A stretch of DNA of 64,000 bases from assembly GCA_963755675.1 (NCBI GenBank), contig CAVWLK010000040.1:57584-121583 (forward strand), in the 5' to 3' direction. Below the pieces are notes generated by a model that did no database searches, was not told where the DNA came from, and saw nothing but the letters and a program-made list of their open reading frames with translations. Position 1 is the first letter of the stretch, and each line of letters begins with the position of its first letter. Shown here in pieces: positions 39,030-48,313 of the stretch. Made by a program: the position numbers and the translations under genes. The stretch is from an uncultured Actinomycetes bacterium (lineage in GTDB: Bacteria > Actinomycetota > Thermoleophilia > Gaiellales > JAICJC01).

Positions 39030-40625
39030 ATGATCTGCTGGTGACCGGTGCTGAGGTGCGGACGCTCGATCCCGAGCGGCCCTTCGCAAACGCGATCGCG
39101 ATCCGCGATGGCGTGATCGTGGCCGTCGGTGACAACGCCGAGGCCCGCGCAGCCTGCCGTTCCGGCGTCGAGACGATCGACGCTCGCGGCATCGCGATCG
39201 TGCCCGGCCTGACGGACAGCCACATCCACTCGTTCGTCGGAGCGCTCGAGACGCAGGGCGCGGATCTGGCCGGCGCCGCCACGGTGGACGAGGTCCGCGA
39301 TCGCCTGGCGGCCGAGCGGCGGCGGTGCGGCGACGGCCAGTGGGTCACGGGGCACTCGCTCGAGTATCGCGTGTTCGACGACATCGAGGCTTCGGGAGAG
39401 CTGTTCGCGGATGCCGTCGGCGGCAACCCGGCGCTGCTCACCTTCTTCGACTTCCACACCGCCCTCGCCACTCCCCCGGCGCTGGCCGCAGCCGGCATCA
39501 CCGGCGCCCGCAGCTTCGAGGACGCCTCCGAGATCGTGTGCAGGCCGGACGGCCGCCCCACCGGCGAGCTGCGCGAGAACGCCGTCCAGCTGGTCGTGAC
39601 GGTGATGCCCGAGCCGAGCGACGAGCGACGGCTGGAGCTGATCGCAAACGGGCTGGCGGCCATGAACCGGGTCGGGTTGACAGCCGCTCACATGATGGAC
39701 GGCACGCTGGCCACCCCGGACGAGTGCCGTGCGCTGGAAGGCAGCGGGCGCCTCGGCCTGCGCCAGGTGGTGCCCTTCACGGTGCACCCGACGATGGACG
39801 ACGAGGAGATCGACGAGGCCATCGCGGCCGGCGCCCAGAGCGGGCGGCTCTGGCGGTCAGGGTGGGCGAAGCTGTTCATCGACGGCGTTGTCGAGCCCGG
39901 CACGGCATGGCTGGAGACGCCGGATACGCACGGCAAGGGCAGCGAGCCGAACTGGCCCGATCCGGAACGCTACGCCGATGTGATCCGCCGGTTTGCCGCG
40001 GCCGGCGCGCCGTCCATCACCCACGCGATCGGCGACCGCGCCGTCCGCTGCGCACTGGACGCCTACCGTGCCGCCGGCCCTGTCGACGCGCGGACCGCAT
40101 CGCGTCGAGCACATCGAGACGATGCAGGATGACCAGCTGCCGCGGTTCGCTGCCGAGGGCGTGGTCGCCTCGCAGCAGGCTCTGCACCTGCAGTGGATGA
40201 GGCCCGATCTCTCGGATCCCTGGAGCCAGGCGCTGGGGCCCGAGCGCTGTGCGCGCGGGTTCCGCACGGCCGAACTGCGCCGCTCCGGCGCGGTGCTGGC
40301 GCTGGGATCCGACTGGCCGGTGGCCGGCTTCGACCCGCGGATCGGGATGGCCTGGGCGCGCCTGCGGCGCCGGCCCGGCGACCGCTCGGCCGATGCGTAC
40401 GGACGGCACCAACGCCTGACGGCGCTCGAGGCCCTGGAGGGCTACACGACCCAGGCGGCGCTGGCGGTCAGCGACCACGCCGTGGCGGGCCGCATCGCCC
40501 CCGGTTACCGCGGCGATCTCAGCGGCTTCGCCCATGACCCGGTCGAGTGCGACGCCGACGACCTGCCCGAGCTGCCGGTGCTGCTGACGGTGGTGGACGG
40601 CAAGGTGGTGTGGCGGGCGGAGTAG
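39026..40625 (+). pseudogene. Amidohydrolase-3 family metal-dependent hydrolase (YtcJ-like), one frameshift
   Basis: ATGA overlap with the GntR gene. Motifs in the first frame are VPGLTDSHIHSF and ITHAIGDRAV. After ~40085 the frame changes (GPHRVEHIETMQDDQL...LALGSDWPV...GKVVWRAE). Confidence 0.85.
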
Positions 40626-40660
40626 GGCCGCTCACGGAGTGAAGCCTCGCTGCGGGCGTA

Positions 40661-40738
40661 AGGGGTCAGACCCCTGCGGGGTCAGACCCCGGTCGAACTC
40701 GCATTGTTGGGGTCTGACCCCGAACGGGGTCTGACCCC
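40661..40738. repeat. REP-like palindromic element: two GGGGTCAGACCCC units, an 18-nt spacer, then two GGGGTCTGACCCC units
   Basis: 13-bp palindromes at 40662-40674, 40678-40690, 40709-40721 and 40726-40738. The two halves are inverted repeats of each other. The element sits between convergent genes. Confidence 0.85.
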
Positions 40739-40775
40739 TCCCCGCCTGGCGACAGGCCGCCCGGAGAGCGGCCCC

Positions 40776-41606
40776 CTACCGCTCCAGCGCGACCGTGTTC
40801 GACAGCGTCCCCACTCCCGACACGGTGACGTCCACCACGTCGCCGTCGGCCAGGTACAGCGGCGGCACACGGGAATCACCGACGCCGCCGGGAGTGCCGG
40901 TGGCGATCACGTCGCCGGCTTGCAGCGTCATGCCCTTCGACAGGTAGACGATCAGCTCGACGATCGAGAAGATCAGGTTGCGGGTGTTGGACGCCTGGCG
41001 CTGCTCGCCGTTGACGGACGTGGCGACGTCGATGTCGGCGAGGTCGACGCCGTCGGCAGTGACCACGCACGGCCCCATCGGCGCGAACGTGTCGAAGCTC
41101 TTGCCGAGCGTGAACTGGCGAAGCGGGGTCTCGAGCTGCGCTCGGCGGCCGGACACGTCGTGGAAGGCGCTGATGCCGCCCACCGCGGCCCGCGCCGTCG
41201 CCTCATCCGCCCGGTAGACATCGCGACCGAGCACCACCGCCACCTCGCCCTCGTAGTCCGGCCGCGTCTCTTCGCGGGGGATCACGATCGGATGGCGGTG
41301 ACCGGTCAACGACGTCGCCCACTTGGCAAACACCACCGGCACAGGAGGGATCTCGAGCTCGGACTCCTCGGCGTGATCGCGGTAGTTGAGCCCGATCGCC
41401 ATCAGCTTGACGGGCACCGTGGGATGGAGCAGCCGCACCTCCTCGGCGGGATGCGCGAGGCCGGAGGCATCGGCGATCTGCTGCCAACCCTCGGGGCTGG
41501 GCACGAAGCCGAGCGGGCCTGCCTGGCCGGCGTCGTACACCACCTCGCCCTCGAGCCTGCCCAGCTTGACCGCGCCGGATGGGTCGACGAATCGTGCCGC
41601 CCTCAT
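40776..41606 (-). CDS. Fumarylacetoacetate hydrolase (FAH) family protein
   Basis: Start at ATG 41606 gives 276 aa. Motifs are IGLNYRDHAEE, PDYEGEVAVVLG, TFAPMGP and GDVIATGTPGGVG. Confidence 0.88.
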   Translation of the reverse strand: MRAARFVDPSGAVKLGRLEGEVVYDAGQAGPLGFVPSPEGWQQIADASGLAHPAEEVRLLHPTVPVKLMAIGLNYRDHAEESELEIPPVPVVFAKWATSLTGHRHPIVIPREETRPDYEGEVAVVLGRDVYRADEATARAAVGGISAFHDVSGRRAQLETPLRQFTLGKSFDTFAPMGPCVVTADGVDLADIDVATSVNGEQRQASNTRNLIFSIVELIVYLSKGMTLQAGDVIATGTPGGVGDSRVPPLYLADGDVVDVTVSGVGTLSNTVALER

Positions 41607-41989
41607 CGGCCCTGCTCCGTCCGCAGCACCTTGAGAGCGTTGATCGCACGCGGGAAGCCGGCGTACGGTGCCGTCTGCAGGATCGTCTCCTCGATCTCCT
41701 GCCAGGGCACGTCGATCGCCCGCAGCGCGCGGATGTGCGCGGCAACCTGCGGTTCGGAGCCGCCGATCGTCGTCAGCACCGCCACGATGATCAGCTCGCG
41801 CTCGCGGGCCGTGAGGCCGTCGCGGGTGTGCACCTCGCCGAACACCCAGTCCACCAGCCAATCGCCCATCGGGCTGCCCATCCGCTCGATGAACGCCTCC
41901 CCACCGGGCTCGTCGCCGAGCTGGGCAAGCCGTTCGAGGCCACGCTCGTGGCGGGTCTGCTGCTGCATCTCGTCCTCCCGTTCGGTCAT
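41603..41989 (-). CDS. Carboxymuconolactone decarboxylase (CMD/AhpD-like) family protein
   Basis: 128 aa with LTARERELIIVAVLTTIGGSEPQVAAHIRAL and QTAPYAGFPRAINAL. ATGA overlap with the FAH gene. Confidence 0.8.
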   Translation of the reverse strand: MTEREDEMQQQTRHERGLERLAQLGDEPGGEAFIERMGSPMGDWLVDWVFGEVHTRDGLTARERELIIVAVLTTIGGSEPQVAAHIRALRAIDVPWQEIEETILQTAPYAGFPRAINALKVLRTEQGR

Positions 41990-42023
41990 CGCGCAACTCT
42001 AGACCCGGTCATGATCCCGGCGC

Positions 42024-42052
42024 TTGACCGTCGGCGAACAAGCGCATATTGT
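42024..42052 (+). promoter_or_regulatory. Candidate sigma-70-type promoter: TTGACC-17 nt-TATTGT
   Basis: -35 at 42024-42029 and -10 at 42047-42052. GTG 42061 lies 8 nt after the -10, which is compatible with a leaderless transcript. It shares the 10-mer GCGCTTGACC with the candidate promoter at 38321-38330. Confidence 0.4.
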
Positions 42053-42915
42053 ATCCAATCGTGGCCGAGCGACGAGTTCGTGTCGGGGTCGATGGCTCGC
42101 CCAGCTGGGGTCGGCTGGACGGTGACGGCGTGCTGCTCGACTCGGGAATCCGCCTGTCCCAGACAGATGCCGAGTTCCTGGCACCGGTCGAACCCAGCAA
42201 GATCATCGCCACCCACCTCACGTACCGGAGCCGCGTCGAGGAGTACGCAGCGCGCACGCCGGCCGAGCCCTCGTACTTCATGAAGCCCCCCACCACGCTG
42301 AACGGCCATCTCGGAGTGCTTCGGCGTCCGCGTGGCGCCCGCTTCCTCAACTACGAGGGAGAGGTGGCGGTCGTCGTCAGCCGCCGCATGCACGGCGTGC
42401 CCGAGCGCGACGTGCTCTCGTACGTCGCCGGCTACGCCTGCGCCAACGACGTCGGCCTGCATGACTTCCGCCATGCCGATCGCGGGTCGATGCTGCGGGT
42501 CAAGGGCCAGGACGGCTTCTGCCCGATCGGCCCGGAGCTCGTGCCCGCCGAAGAGTTCGACCCCACCGGCTTCGAGCTGCGAACGTACCTGAACGGCGAA
42601 GTAGTGCAGCACGGCAGCGCCGCCGACCTGATCTGGCCGATCTCCTACCTGCTGGCCGACCTCTGCCGCCTGATCACCCTCGAACCGGGCGATGTCGTGC
42701 TCTCGGGCACGCCTGCGAACTCGCGGCCGATGGAGCCTGGCGACCAGGTCGAAGTCGAGATCTCCGGGCTGGGCCGGCTCACGAACACCGTCGTCGAGTG
42801 GGACGTCGACCTGTCCGGGCCCGGCGACCAGCTCCAGGTATCGGCGAACACGCTGCACGTCGCGCTGGCAATGCCCGAGGACGAGGCCGAGCGGGTCGTG
42901 GCCGCGGAGCGGCCC
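42049..42915 (+). CDS. FAH family protein (HpaG/HpcE-like isomerase/decarboxylase type)
   Basis: IIATHLTYRSR, LNYEGEVAVVVS, DGFCPIGP and GDVVLSGTPANSRP. The start is TTG 42049 or GTG 42061. No in-frame stop occurs before the dioxygenase start, so the 3' boundary is uncertain. Confidence 0.8.
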
Positions 42916-43855
42916 GTGATCCAGCTGCGGCGCGATCGACCACGTCTGCCTGCGGGTCGCCGACCTCGACGAGGCCATCGCCGCTGGACGGTGCAGTTCG
43001 GGCTCACCGAGGGAGGAGAGGATCGGCCATCACGCTACCTGCGCTGCGGCTATGAGCCGTACTCGCTGGAGCTGATCGCCTCCGGCGACCCCGGGACACG
43101 ACCACACGGGCGTGGGAGCTGCGGCGAGGCTGCTCGCTCGACGACGCCGCTCGCCACCTCGAGTCACCACGGCATCGCCTACGAGCACCGCGACGGCGCG
43201 CTGCATCTCAACGACCTGGACGGCAACGGGCTCGAGATCGCCCCCTTCAACCCACCGCCGGATGCGCGGCCGCCGGTCGCCCGCAGCACCAGCACGCTGC
43301 CGGGCTGCGCCCGCGCAAGCTGGGACACGTCAACCTGCTGACGACCGACCTGGACGCCCAGACCGCGTTCTACACCGACGTGTTGGGCATGCGCATCTCC
43401 GACAGCGCTCGGCAGCGCCGGCAACTGGTTCACGATCAACCCCGACCACCACGCGATGGCACTCGTGCAATTCGACTACGCGCACTTCCACCACTTGGCC
43501 TGGGAGTTCGTCGACTGGGGCGAGCTGCGGGTGCTGTTCGACCACCTCGGCCAGCACGGACGCTGGCTCGGTGTGGGGTCCGCTGCGCCACGGCCTGGCG
43601 CAGAACCTCTGCGCCTACGTGCGGATTCCCGAGGAGGAGCTGATCGTCGAGTGCTACTGCGACATGGAGCAGGTCGAGCCCGACCACGAGCCACGCGAGT
43701 GGCCTGACGACCGCCACTCCTCCAACGTCTGGGGCATCCTGCCGCCTCGCTCCTACTTCCGCTTCGACGCGGAGGCGATCCGCTACGAGCGCGAGGGACT
43801 CGAGGCCAAGGGCCATGCGCTGCCACCGTTGACACCAGAGATGATGGAGGACCTG
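42916..43855 (+). pseudogene. Type I extradiol ring-cleavage dioxygenase (VOC superfamily, catechol/homoprotocatechuate 2,3-dioxygenase-like), about 7 frame switches
   Basis: Pieced together across three frames: IDHVCLRVADLDEAIARWTVQFGL, YSLELIASGDPG, WELRRGCSLDDAARHLESHGIAYEH, LGHVNLLTTDLDAQTAFYTDVLGMRISD, HHAMALVQFDYAHFHHLAWEF and WGPLRHGLAQNLCAYVRIPEEELIVECYCDME. Both boundaries are approximate. Confidence 0.75.
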
Positions 43856-45332
43856 ATGGCGACCGTCGAGACCCAGAAGACACCGTCGCCGCCCGCACCG
43901 GCAGCAGTTCCTGGACGGGCTGCGGGGCGACGCCCGCGAGATCTGGCTGAACGGCGAGAAGATCACCCATCCGCTCGACCATCCGCAGCTGTGCGGCGGC
44001 GGCCGAGACGATGGCGCGGGTCTACGACCTGCAGCACGAGCACGCCGTCGAGATGCTGGCGCCCTCGCCCGACGACGGCCGGCTGGTCAACGTCACCCAC
44101 CTGATCCCGCGCCGCAGGAGGACCTCGAGCGGCGTCGGCGGGCGATCGAGCTGACCGCCGCGTTGACCGGCGGGCATGATGGGCCGTACGCCCGACTACC
44201 TGAACGTCACGTTCGCCTGCTTCGCCGGCGCGCTCCGACGTGTGGGCGCGGCGCGGCAACGAGCAGGGCGCTGCCAACCTCGTCGCCTACCAGAAGCGGA
44301 TGCGCGACCGCGACCTCTCGACCACCCACTCGATCATGAACCCGCAGGTCGATCGCAGCAAGCCCGAGGCCGAGCAGGCGGCCGGCGAGGTGGCCCTGCA
44401 CAAGGTCGGCGAGACCGAGAACCACATCACCGTCCGCGGCGCCCGCATGCTGGCGACACTCGCGCCCTACGCCGACGAGCTGACGATCTACCCCGGCTCG
44501 GACATCCGGCCCCAGGACGGCAACTACGCGCTCTCGTTCGCGATGCCGATGGGCACGCCGGGGCTCAAGTTCATCTGCCGCGACTCGCTACTCCAAGCAG
44601 CGCAGCCGCTTCGACTACCCGCTCTCGTCGCGGTTCGACGAGATGGACGCCGTCGTCATCTTCGACGACGTGGAGGTGCCCAAGGAGAGGCTGTTCCTGT
44701 GCGGCGACACCGACGCCTATTCCGAGGTGATCACCGACACCGGCTGGCGCGGCCACATCATGCACCAGGCGTTCACCCGCGCCTACGTCAAGCTGTCGTT
44801 CGCGCTCGGCCTCGGCCATCTGATCGCCAACACCACCGGCGTCGTGCGGTTCGACCACATCCAGGAGAAGCTGGGACAGATCTGGAACATGACCGAGCTG
44901 ACCCGTTCGGCACTCGTCTCGGCCGAGGCCGGCTCGGCGCTGGACGACGGCGGCGTCTGGTACCCGGACGACAGGCCGTTCCTGGCGCTACGGGGCGAGA
45001 TGCCGAAGTGGCTGCCCTACATCAACGAGCTGCTGCAGCTGATCGGTGGCGGGGGCTACATGTGCACGCCGTCCGAGGCAGACCTGAAGGGCCCGTTGGC
45101 CGACCAGATCGCGAAGTACTACCAGGCAGCCGGTGCCGACGCCGAGCGCCGGATCCGCCTGTTCAGGCTCGCCTGGGACTACATCGGCAGCGATCTGGGC
45201 GGCCGCGGCGAGCTGTACGAGCGCTTCTACCTGTCCGACTCCTACCGGATGACGGCGCTGGCATACAAGATCGCCGACAAGTCGTTCGCCGAGTCGCTGG
45301 TCGAGCAGTTCCTGACCGAGGAGACGGCGTGA
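43856..45332 (+). pseudogene. hpaB: 4-hydroxyphenylacetate 3-monooxygenase oxygenase component family (HpaB-type), about 6 frame switches
   Basis: ATG 43856 follows GGAGG. Segments are FLDGLRGDAREIWLNGEKITHPLDHP, AAAETMARVYDLQHEH, MMGRTPDYLNVTFACFAG, STTHSIMNPQVDRSK, HITVRGARMLATLAPYADEL and the intact tail in ORF 44643..45332. Frame switches occur at ~43905, 43997, 44110, 44175, 44235 and 44588. Confidence 0.8.
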
Positions 45333-46114
45333 GCCGCGGCTACTCGCTGCCGCTCTCGCCGGGCGGCACCGCCTCGATCATCCCGTCGCCGCCGTGGCAC
45401 TACGTGGGCGACTTCCTGGTGATCGAGTACTGGGCCGACCCCGACGCCGTGGCGGCGGTGTTGCCGAGGGGCTGAGCCGTACGCCGACGACCCCGGCCGC
45501 TGCGCCGCGCTGTTCGTCGACTGGCAGTCGTGCTCGGACTGCCGGCGACGGAGCTGCTCGACCCGGTGCGCGGCCAGTACAAGGAGTTCTTCATCGTGGT
45601 GAACGCGATGCTCGGCGCCGAGCACGTCACGAGCTGCCCCTACATCTGGGTCGATCGCGACTTCGCGCTGATCCGTGGCTGGATCCAGGGCTTCCCCAAG
45701 AAGCTGGGTCGAGGTGCACATGACGCGCAGCTTCGGGCTCGACTGCAAGGCCGAGGGCCGCAGCTTCGCCGGCACGCTGGCGGCCACGGACGGCTGCTGG
45801 CGGAGGGATCGGTGACGCCCGAGCAGGTGAGCGAGAGCGGGCCGACTCACAACGATCCGCCGCTGATCAACCGTCCGCCACTTTCCCCGTTTGGCCGCCG
45901 GCCGGTGGCAGGACGCCGCCCTCCACGAGCTGGTGCGGGCGCGAAGCAGCGACCGGTCGATCTCGGACATCCACGAGGGGTCGGCGACGCTCGGCTGCAC
46001 GATGCGCCGGGGGAGGAGCACGCCGAGCTGGCGCCGGTTCGGGTCGGCAAGGGCTTCCGGTTCCAGTTCGCCTACACGGTCGATGACCTGGAGACGGTGC
46101 GGGAGCTGGCGTGA
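45329..46114 (+). pseudogene. Acetoacetate decarboxylase (ADC) family protein, about 7 frame switches
   Basis: GTGA overlap with the hpaB stop. Segments are SPPWHYVGDFLVIEYWADPDAVAAVLP, GQYKEFFIVVNAMLGAEHVTSCPYIWVDRDFALIRGWIQGFPKKLG and GKGFRFQFAYTVDDLETVREL. The intervening pieces lie in other frames. Confidence 0.65.
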
Positions 46115-46799
46115 GCCGCGCGGCCCTGGTCACCGGCGGCGGCAGCGGGATCGGCATGGTGATCGCGGCGCGGCTGGCCGCGGACGGCTGGGGGGTGTGC
46201 GTGGCAGGGCGGCGGGAGCAGCCGCTGCGTGCCTCCGGTCGCGCCTGGACGGCCGGGGACATGGGCCTGCCCGCCGACGCCGAGCGGATCGTGGCCGAAG
46301 CGGTGGCCGCTCTGGGCGGGCTCGACCTGCTGGTCTGCAACGCCGGCATCTCGCGCCCGGGCACGGTGCTGGAGCAAACACCGGAGGGCTGGGACGAGCT
46401 GATGCGCACCAACCTGACTGGTGTCTTTCTGACCTGCCGTGCCGCCCTCCCCCACTTGCTGGAGCGACGTGGCTCGATCGTCACGATCGGCTCGGCTGCC
46501 GGCCGTCGGGCCTCGACCGAGTCGGCCGCCTACTGCACGTCCAAGGCCGGGCTGGCGATGCTGACCCAGTGTCTGGCCATCGACCACGGCCCCCGGGCGT
46601 GCGCGCCAACTGCGTGGCGCCCGGCTGGGTGCGTACCGACATGGCCGACCACAGCATGGAACTGAGGGCACAGGCCGCAGGCACGACCCGCGAGCAGGCC
46701 TATGCTGAGGCCATGCGCAACGTGCCGCTGCGACGGGCGAGCTCGGCCGAGGAGGTTGCCGGGCTGGTGGCATGGCTGGCCGGCCCCGAAGCGGCCTAG
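46111..46799 (+). pseudogene. Short-chain dehydrogenase/reductase, one frameshift
   Basis: GTGA overlap with the upstream gene. Motifs are ALVTGGGSGIG, NAGI and YCTSKAG. The frame changes at the ccccc/ggg run at ~46596 to give VRANCVAPGWVRTDM...AWLAGPEAA. Confidence 0.85.
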
Positions 46800-46871
46800 G
46801 TTACACGGCACCGTGATCGCGGTCGACGGGGGAGCCGAAATCGTCGACACAGCCAGTCTGGCGGCGTCGGG

Positions 46872-48313
46872 ATGAGCACGATCACCGTCTCGCCCGACCA
46901 CTTCATCGGCGGCCGGCGGGTGCCCGGGGACACGACCTTCACCGACATCAGCCCGATCGACCAGAGCGTGCTGGCCGAGGTCGCCCGCGGCGGCCCGCGC
47001 GAGACCGCGATGGCCGTGGACGCGGCCCGCCGGGCGTTCCCGGACTGGGCGGCGCTCGGCGCCGCCGGGCGAGCCGTCCACCTTCGGCGGCTGGCCGATC
47101 TGATCGACGAGAACGTCGAGCGCATCGCCACGGTCGAGTGCCTCGACATGGCGATGCTCGAGCGATCGCTGAAGGCCCGCGTGATCGCGCGAGGCGCGCG
47201 CAACTACCGCGCCTATGCCGATCTGGCCGAGGCGTACGAGGAACGCAGCTGGAGCTCCAACGGCACCGAGAACCGCGTGCTTCGGATGCCCAGCGGACCG
47301 GCGGCGGTGATCACGCCCTGGAACGCCCCCTTCATGCTGTCGACGTGGAAGACCGCGCCCGGGCTGGCGGCCGGCTGCACGGTGGTGCTGAAGCCGCCGG
47401 AGTGGGCGCCGCTGTCGTGCTCGCTGCTGGCCGATCTGACCGCCGAGGCAGAGTTGCCGGCGGGCGTCTTCAACATCGTCCAGGGCATCGGCGAGGAGGC
47501 CGGCGCCGCGCTCGTAGCGCGACCCTGGGTTGCGCCGGATCAGCTTCACCGGGTCGCCCGAGACGGGACGCCACATCGGCCGGGCGGCTGCCGCGAACAT
47601 CGTGCCCTTCACCGCCGAGCTGGGCGGCAAGGGGCCGTTGATCGTGTTCGCGGACAGCGATCTGGATGCGGCCGCGCGCCAAGGCGTCCGGCCAGTACGA
47701 CGACGCCGGCCAGGTCTGTCTGGCGGGCACCCGGCTGCTGGTCGAGGAGTCGGTGCGCGATGGCTTCCTGGAGCGCTTCCACGCCGGCGTCGACGCGCAG
47801 GTGCTGGGTGACCCGCGCGACGACTCCACCACCATCTCGCCGCTGATCCACCCTGACCACCTGTCCCGCGTGGAGGGATTCGTCGAGCGGGCGCGCCAGA
47901 ACGGTGACCGCATCGTGCGCGGCGGCAAGCGGGCCGAGATCGGCGGCCTATGGTACGAGCCCACCCTGGTCGAGCCGGCGTCGAACGAGTCCGAGATCGT
48001 GCAGCGCGAGGTGTTCGGCCCCGTACTGACGTTCCAGACGTTCCGCGACGAGGCGGAGGCGGTGTCGCTCGCGAACTCGACCGCCTACGGCCTCTCGGCG
48101 ATCATCTACACCGGCTCGCGGGAACGGGCGGAGCGGGTGGGCCGCGCCGTGCGGGCGGGCACCGTGTGGGTGAACTGCTTCCTGGTGCGCGACCTGACGG
48201 CGCCCTTCGGCGGCGTCGGCATCAGCGGCATCGGTCGCGAGGGTGGCGACTACGCTCTCGACTTCTACTCCGACCTGAAGACGCTGCAGATCCTCGACGG
48301 AAGCACGGCATGA
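46872..48313 (+). pseudogene. NAD(P)-dependent aldehyde dehydrogenase (HpaE/semialdehyde dehydrogenase-like), two frameshifts
   Basis: VITPWNAPFMLSTWKTAPGLAAGCTVVLKP is followed by ISFTGSPETGRHIG...FTAELGGKGP in a second frame (~47525). GQVCLAGTRLLV...EIVQREVFGPVL then follows in a third frame (~47680). Confidence 0.88.

Noticed and set aside
42916-46114. Interpreting the many frameshifts as programmed recoding, or as firm evidence of genuine pseudogenes.
   Set aside because: There are too many of them, with no slippery heptamers or stimulatory structures. They also hit essential genes elsewhere (pgk, uvrC) and often sit at short homopolymers. A technical origin cannot be excluded from the sequence alone.
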